Positions 51,058-62,135 of a stretch of 64,000 bases of DNA are shown one piece after another; the stretch's first letter is position 1, and each line of letters begins with the position of its first letter. The translations under genes and the position numbers were made by a program. Origin of the DNA: a bacterium (lineage in GTDB: Bacteria; CLD3; SB21). The stretch covers positions 51,307 to 115,306 of the forward strand of contig JAIBAF010000003.1 of NCBI GenBank assembly GCA_019695335.1, in the 5' to 3' direction. The notes beneath the pieces are model-generated. The model was not told where the DNA came from. It did no database searches and worked only from the letters and a program-made list of their open reading frames with translations.

Positions 51058-52165
51058 ACACTCTTTTACGCTCGGCATTGAAGAAGAATATCAAATAGTT
51101 GATGCTCAGACAAAAGAATTACGTTCACATGTAAGTACCCAGCTACTCGAGGAAGGTAAGATGATTTTGGCTGAGCAAATCAAAATGGAAATGCACCAAT
51201 CAGTCGTGGAAGCAGGGACTCACATCTGCCACACAATTCAAGAGGCAAAAAAGGATGTGGTAAAACTCCGGAGCACGCTGTCAAAACTGGCCGAAAAAAG
51301 GGGGTTGAAGATTGTGGCAGCAAGCACACATCCATTCAGCGATTGGAAAACACAGGAAATCAGTGAACATGAGCATTATAAGCAAATAGTTGAAAATATG
51401 CAGGATTTAGCCAGGGCTAACCTGATTTTTGGCTTGCACATTCATATCGGAATGCCCGATAATGAATCATGCATTGCTATTCTAAATCAAATTCGATACT
51501 TTTTACCACATATTTTGGCCTTGTCAACAAGTTCACCATTTTGGATAGGGCGGAATACTGGTTTAAAGTCAATAAGAACAAAGATTTTTAAGAGATTTCC
51601 ACGAACAGATCTTCCTCCATATTTTGAATCCTGGTCTGAATTCGATAATTATGTAAATTTATTACTCAAAACGAATTGTATTGACAACCGCAAGAAAATT
51701 TGGTGGGATGCCAGGCCTCATCCAAGTTTTGGTACATTAGAAATTCGCGTTTGTGATTTACCAACTCGTGCGGATGAAACAATAGCCATCGCTGCGTTAG
51801 TACAGGCACTGATGCATACGTTGTATCACAAATTGTATAAGCAAAACCTTAGTTGGAGAAATTATTCCAATGCTTTAATATCAGAAAACAAATGGAGGGC
51901 GAGCCGATATGGTTTGAATGGCAAACTAGTCGATTTTGGTAAGCAAGAAGAAGTTCACGTTAAAGATCTGATTTACGAGCTTATAAGGTTAATCGATGAA
52001 TCTGTTGATGAATTGGGGAGCCGGAATGAGATCAATTATATTTATAAGATACTTGATGAAGGCAGTAGTGCCGATAGACAACTTAAAGTATTTGAACAAA
52101 GCGGCAAAAATTTACACGCAGTAGTTGATTATTTAATACAAGATACAGTTACTAATTTGAGTTAA
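51047..52165 (+). CDS. Carboxylate-amine ligase, GCS2 family (YbdK-like; glutamate-cysteine-ligase/glutamine-synthetase superfamily)
   Basis: The N-terminus 'FTLGIEEEYQIVDAQTKELR' is the GCS2 signature. It also has 'GLHIHIGM' and 'WWDARPHPSFGTLEIRVCD'. Confidence 0.8.
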   Translation: MPDKHSFTLGIEEEYQIVDAQTKELRSHVSTQLLEEGKMILAEQIKMEMHQSVVEAGTHICHTIQEAKKDVVKLRSTLSKLAEKRGLKIVAASTHPFSDWKTQEISEHEHYKQIVENMQDLARANLIFGLHIHIGMPDNESCIAILNQIRYFLPHILALSTSSPFWIGRNTGLKSIRTKIFKRFPRTDLPPYFESWSEFDNYVNLLLKTNCIDNRKKIWWDARPHPSFGTLEIRVCDLPTRADETIAIAALVQALMHTLYHKLYKQNLSWRNYSNALISENKWRASRYGLNGKLVDFGKQEEVHVKDLIYELIRLIDESVDELGSRNEINYIYKILDEGSSADRQLKVFEQSGKNLHAVVDYLIQDTVTNLS

Positions 52166-52215
52166 ATCATTAAAATATATAAAATTACATTTAACCTAAA
52201 TTCACGGAGGTAAAT

Positions 52216-52878
52216 ATGGGCATCTTCGCACGTATGACAGACATTATGAAAGCAAATATTAATGATTTTCTGGATAAAGCCGAAGATCCGGAAAAGATGA
52301 TTAAACAAATGGTCATTGAAATGGAAGAAGCCGTCAATAAGGCAACAACGGCTGTTGGCTCGGCTATAGCGAATCAAAAGAGATTGGAAAAACAGTATAA
52401 TGAAAACAAAAAATCAGCCGATGAATGGCAAAATAAGGCCATTCAAGCTGTTAATGCCGGCCGGGACGACTTGGCAGGTCAGGCATTAACTAAGAAGCAA
52501 TCGTATATGACAGCTGCCAACTCATTGGAATCGACATTGGCTGAGGCCACTAAAACGGCTGAACAAATGAAACTTCAATTGACACAATTAAAAGCCAAGC
52601 TTGACGAGGCCCGCGTTCGACAAAATACCTTAATAGCACGTCATCAGGCCGCAAAAGCCAAGAAAATGATTGCTCAACAAATGAGCGGCGTTGGTGGAAA
52701 TGCTTTTGCGAATTTTGACAAATTTGAGAAGAAAGTTGAAGATGTTGAAGCCGAGGCCGATGCTCATTCAGAACTTGCCGGTGAATCGACATCGTTAGAT
52801 GATGAATTTAAAAAACTAACTTCAGACTCCAATGTTGATTCAGAACTCGCAGCTTTAAAGGCACAACTTGGCAAATAG
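52216..52878 (+). CDS. pspA: PspA/IM30/Vipp1-family protein (phage shock protein A-like)
   Basis: 220 aa, all coiled-coil. 'MGIFARMTDIMKANINDFLDKAEDPEKMIKQMVIEMEE' is a canonical PspA N-terminus. Confidence 0.88.
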   Translation: MGIFARMTDIMKANINDFLDKAEDPEKMIKQMVIEMEEAVNKATTAVGSAIANQKRLEKQYNENKKSADEWQNKAIQAVNAGRDDLAGQALTKKQSYMTAANSLESTLAEATKTAEQMKLQLTQLKAKLDEARVRQNTLIARHQAAKAKKMIAQQMSGVGGNAFANFDKFEKKVEDVEAEADAHSELAGESTSLDDEFKKLTSDSNVDSELAALKAQLGK

Positions 52879-52941
52879 CCTATACCGTCAATTGATATAT
52901 AATATATATTATGTAAACCATAATTCGCCTGACATAGAAAT

Positions 52942-52986
52942 AAAAAAACCTGTTAGATTCTACTCTAACAGGTTTTTAATTTTTTC
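52942..52986. terminator. Bidirectional rho-independent terminator (pspA, plus the convergent SLT-like gene)
   Basis: aacctgttag(52947-52956) pairs with ctaacaggtt(52965-52974). It is flanked by aaaaaaa upstream and ttttaatttttt downstream. Confidence 0.7.
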
Positions 52987-52993
52987 TTATTTC

Positions 52994-53617
52994 TTACTTT
53001 TGTGCAACAGATTGAAATCCAGTATTCCAATCCTTCCATTCCAGACGTTTCTTCTTTTGACGCATATCTAAAAATAATACGTAAGCCCATTCGGTATTAG
53101 TCTTGAGGTCCCGATAATCTTCAATATTAATTTGGCTTTCATCAACTCCAAATATTCTCAGATAATGCGCCAAAGTGCTGGGCAATATCTGATAACCGCC
53201 AACTTCCCCAAGCGCCCCATCCGTGAATTGCCATAATGAGCTTTCAGTTTTCAAAACATTAATAACAAAATCATCGCTAATGTTCATTTCACGGGATTTT
53301 CGCTGAATATAACGAATCAAAAGCTTATCAGGTAAAAATCCATTACTTTTCAAATTAGCAATTCTCTGATCGATTTCGTCAACCTCAGATTTATACTTCT
53401 GCAATATTGAATTATCAATCTTCAATTGACGATTTTCATCACGCAATTTTTCGATTTCTTTACGTTGCTGGTCGATAACTGAATCACCTCCAATGTATCC
53501 GGTTATCAACGAAGTTACCAAAAACACACCTAACAAACTAAAAACAATAGAAACAGAGACTTTCAACGTGTTTTTTACTCTTTGACTCACTATTACTTTC
53601 CTTCCATTTGGTTGCAA
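52994..53617 (-). CDS. Membrane-anchored coiled-coil protein with a C-terminal lytic-transglycosylase (SLT)-like domain
   Basis: N-terminal TM 'VSIVFSLLGVFLVTSLITGYIG' and a coiled coil. 'LKTESSLWQF...GEVGGYQILPSTLAHYL' resembles the SLT catalytic Glu/GLMQ region. Confidence 0.45.
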   Translation of the reverse strand: MQPNGRKVIVSQRVKNTLKVSVSIVFSLLGVFLVTSLITGYIGGDSVIDQQRKEIEKLRDENRQLKIDNSILQKYKSEVDEIDQRIANLKSNGFLPDKLLIRYIQRKSREMNISDDFVINVLKTESSLWQFTDGALGEVGGYQILPSTLAHYLRIFGVDESQINIEDYRDLKTNTEWAYVLFLDMRQKKKRLEWKDWNTGFQSVAQK

Positions 53618-53779
53618 GATATGCCTAACTCTAGGCTTGTTTACCTATTACTTTAAAATAAACAAAAGGTTAATGACAATACCTTATAAAAGGCAGTTAT
53701 TATAAATTATTTTCCTCTTGAAAACAAGTATTTTTTTAAAAAAGTGTGTACTGTAAAATAATAAAAAACAAATAATTAA

Positions 53780-53832
53780 ATTAACTAAATAAAAAAGTGA
53801 TGCCCAAAACCTATGATTTGAACATCACTTTT
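53780..53832 (-). terminator. Rho-independent terminator downstream of rpoC
   Basis: On the minus strand, aaaagtgatg...catcactttt forms a stem (53793-53832) followed by a U-rich 'ttttatttagtt'. Confidence 0.6.
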
Positions 53833-53859
53833 CGTTAAAACGTACTTTATTTCACTAAT

Positions 53860-56800
53860 CTATTTGGCGACTTCTTTCTTGGATCGCTTGGATCCGTTTC
53901 CATTTTTTCCTTCTTCGGCTAAAGTTTTTGAAGTAACACGGATGTCTTGATACTGTTTTAATCCTGTTCCAGCAGGTATAAGACGTCCCATGATCACGTT
54001 CTCTTTCAGACCTAGCAAATAGTCAGTTTTGCAACTAATTGCAGCATCAGCCAAAACTTTAGTCGTTTCTTGGAAAGAAGCAGCTGATATGAAACTTTCA
54101 GTACTCAATGAAGCTTGCGTAATTCCCAATAACAGCGGTTCAGCAGTCGCCGGCATTGCTTCTCTGAATTCCGGCCCCTTTTTCTTCTCATATTTCTTGA
54201 GAATCTTATCCAACTCGGCCTTAGTGAGAATCTGGCCATCTTTTAGGCTTGAGTCCCCTTTATTGGTAATAACGACTTTTTCACGAATCTTCTGGTTTTC
54301 GTCTAAAAATCTTAAACGATCAACCTGATCATCTTGTAAGAAAATCGTATCGCCCGGATCCAGAATGCGAACACGTTGCAGCATCTGTCGAACGATAATC
54401 TCAATGTGCTTATCGTTGATTTTAACGCCTTGCGTACGGTACACTTCCTGAATTTCGTTGACAAGATAACGCTGTACTTCCGAAGGACCTTTGATGCGAA
54501 GAATATCGTGTGGAGCGACCGAACCGTCACACAATTGTTCACCGGCGTACACGTAATCGCCATCATGAACAATAAGGTGTTTTCCAAACGGAATTTTATA
54601 AGATTTCGCTTCGCCTTCTTTTCCTTCAACGCTTACTTCACGATATCCGCGAGAGATCTTACCGACCTTTATATAGCCGTCGATTTCACTGACGATGGCG
54701 GAATCACGCGGCCTGCGGGCTTCAAACAATTCTTGCACACGCGGTAGACCGCCGGTAATATCTTTAGTTTTGGACATCTCTCGTGGAATTTTCGCAATCG
54801 GATCTCCTGAAACTACATCGTCACCATCCTTCACCACAAGATACGCACGGGTCGGAAGAATGTGTGATTCCAGCGTTTCTCTGCCTTTCTTCAGGACGAG
54901 TGTTGGAGTAATTTTTTTATCGCGGGAATCAATAATCACTAAGTGCTTCATACCGGTTGCTTCATCGGCTTCTTCACGGCAGGTCACACCTTCTTTGATT
55001 CCTTCAAATTGCACCACGCCATCATTTTCAGCAATTATTGGCGTATTGTACGGATCCCATGTCATGATGAGATCATCTTTTTTCACAGTCTGACTGTCAC
55101 GAACAGCCACAGTCGCACCGTAAGGAACTTTGTATGCATAAACCAATCGTCCGTCTTCGTGCAATTCAATACGTGCGTTACGACTCAAACAAATACGCGA
55201 GTTATCTGATTTTCTTTCAAGGAATTTGATTCCCTGTCCGAATGTGATCTTGCCGTTTGATTTGGCCAATGCCTGCGGTTGTTCACCAATACGTGAAGCA
55301 ACGCCACCGATGTGAAAGGTACGCAAAGTTAACTGAGTTCCAGGTTCACCGATTGATTGCGCTGCCATAACACCGACGGCCTCACCCATATCAACTATTG
55401 TTCCGGTTGCAAGATTACGTCCGTAGCATTTCGAACATACTCCGCGTTTGGATTCACATGTTAATACGGAACGAATAACAACAGTTTCAATAGCAGAATT
55501 GGATAACATCTCGGCTTTATCTTCATCGACCAACTCTCCTGCTTCGATCACAACGTCTCCGGAAGAAGGATCGACAACGTCGTCGGCAGCTACACGACCT
55601 AAACATCGTTCACCCAACGACTCCTTAATTTCTTCACCTTCTTTGATTGCACTTGTACTGACGCCTAAAATAGTACCGCAATCAACCTCAGTGATGATAA
55701 CGTCCTGTGCAACGTCCACTAATCGACGAGTCAAATAACCGGCATCAGCCGTTTTCAAAGCCGTATCGGCCAGACCTTTACGCGCGCCGTGGGTTGAAAT
55801 GAAATACTCCCACACCGAAAGGCCTTCTTTGAAACTAGAAGTAATCGGGTGTTCGATAATTTCTCCGACTTGGCCTGTCATTGATTTTTGCGGTTTCGAC
55901 ATCAGACCGCGCATACCACCAAGCTGTTTGATCTGATCACGGGATCCACGAGCGCCGGAATCCATCATCATGAAAATGGGATTAAAACCGTCGCGGGAGA
56001 CTGTAATCGCTTTATACATGGCCGCTGCAACATCATTCGATGCATGCGTCCAGATATCGATAATTTTATTGTAACGTTCACCGTCCGTCATCAAGCCCAT
56101 TCGATAAGTTTTTTGAACTTTTTCGACTTGTTGTTTGGCTTCTTTGAGAACGTCTTCTTTATTCGGAGGTGACAATACATCGTCAATACCGATGGATGAA
56201 CCTGATCGCATAGCAAATGTGAACCCGAGCATTTTTAAATTATCAAGAAATTCAACGGTTTTGAGATTTCCAATTATCGAATGCATCTTGGAAACGATCT
56301 CTTCCATCTTTTTCTTGGTAAGTAATTCATTCAAATACCCCATTCCCTTCGGAACGATTTCGTTAAAAATGGCTCGGCCGACACTCGTATCGATATATTT
56401 AAAAACCGGTTTCTTACTGTTAGCATTCGGATCTTCGATACGCAATTTGATCTTTGAATGAAGTTCAACCGAACCGGCATCGAATGCCATACGTACTTGT
56501 TCGATGGAAGCAAATTTACTTCCTTCAGCCAAGCCACCTTTTTTCTCTTTGGTAAGGTAATAACATCCCAACACAATATCCTGTGACGGTATCGCAATTG
56601 GACGACCGCTGGAAGGCTGAATAACGTTATGGCTTGAGAGCATCAGCAACCGGGTTTCAATTTGAGCCTCATATGACAATGGAATGTGAACGGCCATCTG
56701 ATCGCCGTCAAAGTCAGCATTGAATGCGGCACAAACTAACGGATGCACTTGAATGGCACGGCCTTCAATTAAGACAGGCTGGAATGCCTGGATACCCAGA

Positions 56801-58134
56801 CGGTGCAACGTAGGAGCGCGATTGAGCATGACCGGATGATCTTCAACAATCTTTTCAAGGATTTCCCAAACTTCCGGTCCGTGTTTGTCCACCATGCGTT
56901 TTGCACTCTTGACCGTCTTGACGTAACCGCGTTCAACCAATTTGCGGATAATAAACGGCTTGAATAACTCAACGGCCATTTCTTTTGGTAATCCGCATTC
57001 ATGAAGTTTTAATTCCGGACCAACAACAATCACTGAACGGCCGGAATAATCTACACGTTTACCCAAAAGGTTTTGACGAAAACGTCCTTGTTTACCTTTG
57101 AGCATATCTGATAACGATTTCAGAGGACGATTGCTGTCGCTGCGTACAGCGGCTGTTTTCCTTGAATTGTCAAATAAGGAGTCGACCGCTTCCTGCAACA
57201 TGCGTTTTTCATTACGCAAAATCACTTCAGGCGCTTTGATCTCGATTAATTTGCGAAGCCGATTATTACGAATGATCACACGGCGATACAAATCATTAAG
57301 ATCGCTGGTAGCGAAACGCCCGCCTTCCAAAGGCACTAAGGGACGTAATTCAGGCGGAATAACCGGAATCACATCAAGTACCATCCATTCCGGCATGTTG
57401 TAGGTATCACCTTCGCGATTGCGAAATGCGTCCGCAACACGGAGTTGTTTCAGAACGTCCGTACGTTTTTGCATAGAAGTTGAAGGATCGCGAAGAATTC
57501 TACGGGCGTCGATCGACATCTGTTCGACATCGCAACGTTTGAGCAATTCTTTGACGGCTTCTCCACCGATCAATGCAATAAATTTGTCCGGATCGGTGTT
57601 AGGCAACAATTCATTTTCAACGCCTAATTCTTCTTTGATACGGTATAATTCTTCTTCCGGAATAATGTCTTTGTATTTCAATCCACTCTTGCCGGGCTGA
57701 ACCACAACATAATTTTCGTAATAAATTATTTTGTCTAATTGCTTAATGCTCAATCCCAGCAAGCTGCCGATTTTTGATGGCAACGAGCGGAAAAACCAAA
57801 TATGAACAACGGGCACGGCTAAAGCAATGTGCCCCATCCGTTCGCGGCGCACCGCTTTCAACGTCACTTCGACGCCGCAACGGTCACAAATAATACCTTT
57901 ATAACGGATGCGTTTGTACTTTCCACAATGGCATTCCCAATCTTTGACGGGACCGAAAATCTTTTCGCAAAACAAACCGTCTTTTTCCGGTTTAAAACTG
58001 CGGTAATTAATCGTTTCGGCCTTTGTCACTTCTCCGTACGAACGGCTAAGAATTGCGTCCGGGGAAGAAATTCCGATGGTAATACTGGAAAAGTTTTTTG
58101 CTAAACTGGTATTCGATAAATACGATGATGTCAC
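53860..58134 (-). CDS. rpoC: DNA-directed RNA polymerase subunit beta-prime
   Basis: 1424 aa with the zinc-binding '[23 protein letters not shown]' and the catalytic '[12 protein letters not shown]'. Confidence 0.97.
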   Translation of the reverse strand: MTSSYLSNTSLAKNFSSITIGISSPDAILSRSYGEVTKAETINYRSFKPEKDGLFCEKIFGPVKDWECHCGKYKRIRYKGIICDRCGVEVTLKAVRRERMGHIALAVPVVHIWFFRSLPSKIGSLLGLSIKQLDKIIYYENYVVVQPGKSGLKYKDIIPEEELYRIKEELGVENELLPNTDPDKFIALIGGEAVKELLKRCDVEQMSIDARRILRDPSTSMQKRTDVLKQLRVADAFRNREGDTYNMPEWMVLDVIPVIPPELRPLVPLEGGRFATSDLNDLYRRVIIRNNRLRKLIEIKAPEVILRNEKRMLQEAVDSLFDNSRKTAAVRSDSNRPLKSLSDMLKGKQGRFRQNLLGKRVDYSGRSVIVVGPELKLHECGLPKEMAVELFKPFIIRKLVERGYVKTVKSAKRMVDKHGPEVWEILEKIVEDHPVMLNRAPTLHRLGIQAFQPVLIEGRAIQVHPLVCAAFNADFDGDQMAVHIPLSYEAQIETRLLMLSSHNVIQPSSGRPIAIPSQDIVLGCYYLTKEKKGGLAEGSKFASIEQVRMAFDAGSVELHSKIKLRIEDPNANSKKPVFKYIDTSVGRAIFNEIVPKGMGYLNELLTKKKMEEIVSKMHSIIGNLKTVEFLDNLKMLGFTFAMRSGSSIGIDDVLSPPNKEDVLKEAKQQVEKVQKTYRMGLMTDGERYNKIIDIWTHASNDVAAAMYKAITVSRDGFNPIFMMMDSGARGSRDQIKQLGGMRGLMSKPQKSMTGQVGEIIEHPITSSFKEGLSVWEYFISTHGARKGLADTALKTADAGYLTRRLVDVAQDVIITEVDCGTILGVSTSAIKEGEEIKESLGERCLGRVAADDVVDPSSGDVVIEAGELVDEDKAEMLSNSAIETVVIRSVLTCESKRGVCSKCYGRNLATGTIVDMGEAVGVMAAQSIGEPGTQLTLRTFHIGGVASRIGEQPQALAKSNGKITFGQGIKFLERKSDNSRICLSRNARIELHEDGRLVYAYKVPYGATVAVRDSQTVKKDDLIMTWDPYNTPIIAENDGVVQFEGIKEGVTCREEADEATGMKHLVIIDSRDKKITPTLVLKKGRETLESHILPTRAYLVVKDGDDVVSGDPIAKIPREMSKTKDITGGLPRVQELFEARRPRDSAIVSEIDGYIKVGKISRGYREVSVEGKEGEAKSYKIPFGKHLIVHDGDYVYAGEQLCDGSVAPHDILRIKGPSEVQRYLVNEIQEVYRTQGVKINDKHIEIIVRQMLQRVRILDPGDTIFLQDDQVDRLRFLDENQKIREKVVITNKGDSSLKDGQILTKAELDKILKKYEKKKGPEFREAMPATAEPLLLGITQASLSTESFISAASFQETTKVLADAAISCKTDYLLGLKENVIMGRLIPAGTGLKQYQDIRVTSKTLAEEGKNGNGSKRSKKEVAK

Positions 58135-58194
58135 TGTAAACCTCCTTAGGCGGAAGTATTATTAAATTTTAAATTAGTTGACGGTTGGTGAAAA

Positions 58195-61100
58195 TCACTC
58201 GATTTTCACTTCAAGACCAAGTCCTTGCAATTCACGAACAAGTACGTTGAAAGATTCCGGAATTCCAGCCTCAGGCAAATTGTCGCCTTTAACAATGGAT
58301 TCGTATACTTTCGCACGTCCCGTAACGTCATCCGACTTATACGTCAGGATTTCTTGTAAGGTGTGAGCGGCGCCGTACGCTTCAAGCGCCCACACTTCCA
58401 TTTCACCAAAACGCTGGCCTCCGAATTGCGCTTTACCGCCCAACGGCTGCTGCGTAATCAGCGAATAAGGTCCGATCGACCGGGCGTGAATCTTATCATC
58501 GACCAAGTGGTTCAGTTTCATAATGTAGATATAACCTACCATGACTTCTTGATCGAATTTTTCACCGGTACGTCCGTCTGTCAGCCAAACTTTGCCGTGC
58601 TCAGGCAATCCTGCTCCACGAAGTTCGTTTTTAACATCCTCGATTTTGGCTCCGTCAAACACATTTGTCTCATAATGTTTGCCGAGAATTTTTCCAGCCC
58701 AACCAAGTGATGTTTCGAAGATCTGGCCAAGATTCATACGCGAAGGCACGCCCAATGGATTAAGAATGACTTGAACCGGCATTCCGTTGCTGAGAAAAGG
58801 CATATCTTCTTCCGGAACGATTTTGGAAACGACGCCTTTGTTACCGTGGCGTCCGGCCATTTTATCGCCGACCGAAATCTTACGTTTTTTGGCAACTTGA
58901 ACTTTAGCTAACTGAACGATTCCCGGGGGTAACTCATCACCGACCTGGAGTTTGTATTTTTCTGAATTGTATTCAGTTTCTACTTCTTCCATATTACGTT
59001 CGAAGTTATCAAAGAGGAAATTAGCCATTTCATTTGTTTCTTCGTCGTCGCTCCACTTGCTTTCCTGCAGATTGATTTCCGAAGGATCAAGATTTTTAAA
59101 GCTGTCTTCAGTGAATTTCTTTCCTTTTTTGAGGAACTCAGAACCGTCCGTGTAAGAAACTCCTGCCGATACTTTGCCAACCAAAAGTTTGGTTAATTCG
59201 TCGCGTAAATTGGATTTAAGCCGGCGAACTTGTTTCTTGTATTCGTTCTCAAGCTCTTCCAATTTCTTTTTATCTTCTTTCTTGGATTCCGAATCCTTTT
59301 TCTTGCGGCTGAAAAGTTTTGTCGAAACGACAATTCCTTTCATGCCCGGAGGTGCTTTCAAAGACGCATCCTTTACATCGCCGGCTTTATCACCGAAGAT
59401 TGCTTTCAGGAGTTTTTCTTCCGGCGTTGGATCGGTTTCACCTTTAGGAGTAACTTTACCAACGAGAATATCACCTGCTTGCACTTCAGCTCCGACACGA
59501 ATGATACCGTTTTCATCCAGATCTTTGGTAGCATCTTCACTAACGTTCGGAATTTCACGGGTCAATTCCTCTTCACCGCGTTTGGTATCGCGAACTTGAA
59601 TTTCATATTCTTCAATATGAATTGACGTGAAAAGGTCTTCTTTAATCAATTTTTCACTCAGAATGATCGCGTCCTCAAAGTTATACCCACGCCACGGCAT
59701 GAAAGCTACAAGCACGTTACGACCGAGCGCTAAATCACCACGTTCAGTCGCACAACCATCGGCAATGATTTGTCCTGCTTTTACTTCGTCGCCGATACGA
59801 ACTATCGGACGCTGATTGATACATGTGTCCTGATTCGTTCTGAAAAATTTCATCAATCGATAAGTGACCGTATCGGACACTTCCGATTTCTGTTTCTTAA
59901 CATTTCCTTTTTTACGAATTGTAATCTCGTTGGCTGAAACATCTTCGACTACGCCATCGATTTCTGAAATCAAGACGGCACGCGAATCAACAGCAACAAT
60001 ACGTTCCAATCCTGTTCCTACAAGCGGCGCTTCCGGCATCAGCAACGGAACAGCCTGACGTTGCATGTTGGAACCCATCAGCGCGCGGTTCGCATCATCG
60101 TGTTCCAAGAATGGAATCAATGCGGCGGCGGGACTTACGATTTGTGCCGGTGAAACATCCATATAGTCCACTTCATCCGGAGGCACAATCGGGAAATCAC
60201 CTTTTTGGCGCGATTTGACAAATTCGTTTAAGTAATTTCCTTTTTTATCGTACTGTTCATTTGCTTGCGCAATGATTTTATCGTCTTCGTCCCCTGCTGT
60301 CAAAAATTCAACACCGGGTTGAACCTTTGAATTCGTGACTTTTTTATAAGGCGTTTCGATAAATCCGTAACGGTTGATGCGTGCGAATAGACATAACGAT
60401 GAAATCAAACCGATATTCGGTCCTTCCGGTGTTTCAACCGGGCAAAGACGTCCGTAATGTGTATAGTGTACGTCACGAACTTCGAATCCGGCACGTTCAC
60501 GCGTAAGACCGCCGGGTCCGAGAGCAGAAAGACGACGCTTGTGTGTCAATTCTGACAACGGATTGGTTTGATCCATGAATTGGGATAACTGGCTCGTACC
60601 AAAAAACGTATTGATTACGCTGGAAATCGTTCTGGCGTTCACCAGATCCTGTGGCGTTAAATTCTCATTATCACGCAAATTCATACGTTCTTTGATCGTA
60701 CGTGTCATTCTTGACAACGCAACGCTGAATTGTGAAGCCAGTTGTTCTCCGACCGTTTTCACACGGCGATTTCCAAGATGGTCGATATCATCGGTAGAAC
60801 GAGTGCCGTTGCGAAGCTCGATCAAAGCTTTGATGATCGCAACAATATCGTCTTTAGTCAGGACTGTCACAGCTTCCGGTATATTCAAGCCCAATTTTTT
60901 ATTAATACGATTACGGCCGACATCTCCCAAGTCATAACGCTTGGCATTAAAGAACTGACGTTCAAGCAGACCGCGTGCAGTCTCCAGATCCGGAGCATCA
61001 CCCGAGCGCAACTGACGATAAATTTGTTCCAGAGCTTCTTGTTCGCTCTTTGTGATATCTTTACGAATGGTATTAGCGATCACTTCCGGAATAACATCTT

Positions 61101-61947
61101 CCGTTTTGATCAAATCAATTTTTTTGATTTTATTTTTCTTCAGCTTCGCTACTAATTCATCATTAATTTCAGATTCTTTTTCGGCAATAATTTCGCCTGT
61201 TTCTTCATTGACAATATCTAATGCAAGTTTACGTCCCATGATAGCATCACCGGAACGCGATAATTCAACCTCATCAATGACTCCAAACAGTTTCAACATG
61301 TCACGATCTGAAGAATATCCGAGTGCTCTTAAAAATGTCGTGACAGGAAATTTTTTCTTACGATCTATAAAAACATACATTACATCATTAACATCGGTGG
61401 TGAATTCAATCCAAGATCCGCGAAATGGTATCACGCGGGCCGAAAACATTTTAGTGCCGTTCGGATGGATTGATTCATCAAAAAATACTCCGGGTGAACG
61501 GTGTAATTGACTGACGACTACACGTTCGGCGCCATTGATAACGAACGTACCTTTGTCAGTAATGTATGGCAAATTACCTAAATAAACGTCCTGCTCGATG
61601 AGTTCGGGATGCTTATCATCTACCGACTTTTTGCTCGAGAGGCGCAAAGTTGCTTTAAGTGGTACCGAATAAGTAACACCACGTTCCTGACATTCACGGA
61701 CATCGTATTTCGGACGCTCAACAAAATACTTCAGGAATTCTAACTTAAAGAGTTCTTTCGCGTCTTCAACGGGAAAAGAACTGACAAAAACAGATTGTAA
61801 ACCGGTATTAGTGCGTTTTTCGGAAAGAGTATCTTGTTGGAGGAACTCGCGGTATGATTCGATCTGGATCTCAAGTAAATCAGGCATTTTGAGAGAACTG
61901 GCGTTTCTAGCGAAATTAACACGCTCGATCACTTTTTTCGTATTCAA
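58195..61947 (-). CDS. rpoB: DNA-directed RNA polymerase subunit beta
   Basis: 1250 aa. Conserved rpoB blocks are present throughout (rifampicin-region 'FGTSQLSQFMDQTNPLSE', 'GDKMAGRHGNKGV'). Confidence 0.97.
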   Translation of the reverse strand: MNTKKVIERVNFARNASSLKMPDLLEIQIESYREFLQQDTLSEKRTNTGLQSVFVSSFPVEDAKELFKLEFLKYFVERPKYDVRECQERGVTYSVPLKATLRLSSKKSVDDKHPELIEQDVYLGNLPYITDKGTFVINGAERVVVSQLHRSPGVFFDESIHPNGTKMFSARVIPFRGSWIEFTTDVNDVMYVFIDRKKKFPVTTFLRALGYSSDRDMLKLFGVIDEVELSRSGDAIMGRKLALDIVNEETGEIIAEKESEINDELVAKLKKNKIKKIDLIKTEDVIPEVIANTIRKDITKSEQEALEQIYRQLRSGDAPDLETARGLLERQFFNAKRYDLGDVGRNRINKKLGLNIPEAVTVLTKDDIVAIIKALIELRNGTRSTDDIDHLGNRRVKTVGEQLASQFSVALSRMTRTIKERMNLRDNENLTPQDLVNARTISSVINTFFGTSQLSQFMDQTNPLSELTHKRRLSALGPGGLTRERAGFEVRDVHYTHYGRLCPVETPEGPNIGLISSLCLFARINRYGFIETPYKKVTNSKVQPGVEFLTAGDEDDKIIAQANEQYDKKGNYLNEFVKSRQKGDFPIVPPDEVDYMDVSPAQIVSPAAALIPFLEHDDANRALMGSNMQRQAVPLLMPEAPLVGTGLERIVAVDSRAVLISEIDGVVEDVSANEITIRKKGNVKKQKSEVSDTVTYRLMKFFRTNQDTCINQRPIVRIGDEVKAGQIIADGCATERGDLALGRNVLVAFMPWRGYNFEDAIILSEKLIKEDLFTSIHIEEYEIQVRDTKRGEEELTREIPNVSEDATKDLDENGIIRVGAEVQAGDILVGKVTPKGETDPTPEEKLLKAIFGDKAGDVKDASLKAPPGMKGIVVSTKLFSRKKKDSESKKEDKKKLEELENEYKKQVRRLKSNLRDELTKLLVGKVSAGVSYTDGSEFLKKGKKFTEDSFKNLDPSEINLQESKWSDDEETNEMANFLFDNFERNMEEVETEYNSEKYKLQVGDELPPGIVQLAKVQVAKKRKISVGDKMAGRHGNKGVVSKIVPEEDMPFLSNGMPVQVILNPLGVPSRMNLGQIFETSLGWAGKILGKHYETNVFDGAKIEDVKNELRGAGLPEHGKVWLTDGRTGEKFDQEVMVGYIYIMKLNHLVDDKIHARSIGPYSLITQQPLGGKAQFGGQRFGEMEVWALEAYGAAHTLQEILTYKSDDVTGRAKVYESIVKGDNLPEAGIPESFNVLVRELQGLGLEVKIE

Positions 61948-62065
61948 AGGGACCTGCCTTTTTTTTAAATTAGATTTAAAAAAATTGATAATGAACTAAT
62001 TTAAGTGCAAGGCATCTGCACTTGAACATTCGAAAATCCATATTCTCGCCTGGATTTTTATAATA

Positions 62066-62097
62066 GAGGAAGGCGATTCGTGCAGAACCGCCTTCTC
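62066..62097 (-). promoter_or_regulatory. Stem-loop in the rplL-rpoB intergenic region (possible attenuator or processing site)
   Basis: gaggaaggcg(62066-62075) pairs with cgccttctc(62089-62097). No clear U-tract follows on the minus strand. By analogy, the E. coli rplL-rpoB spacer holds an attenuator and an RNase III site. Confidence 0.3.
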
Positions 62098-62135
62098 TAT
62101 GCTACCAATTAACAAAGAACGAGTGTCGAACCGGA

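Noticed and set aside
59150-59350. K/E-rich segment in RpoB ('KKKDSESKKEDKKKLEELENEYKK')
   Set aside because: It maps to the known lineage-variable dispensable region of beta that is also present, with different sequence, in E. coli, so it is not a novel insertion.
54029-61510. Numerous 60-150-aa plus-strand ORFs inside rpoC and rpoB
   Set aside because: They are antisense to the most conserved genes in the window; the long open frames come from codon bias of the sense strand.
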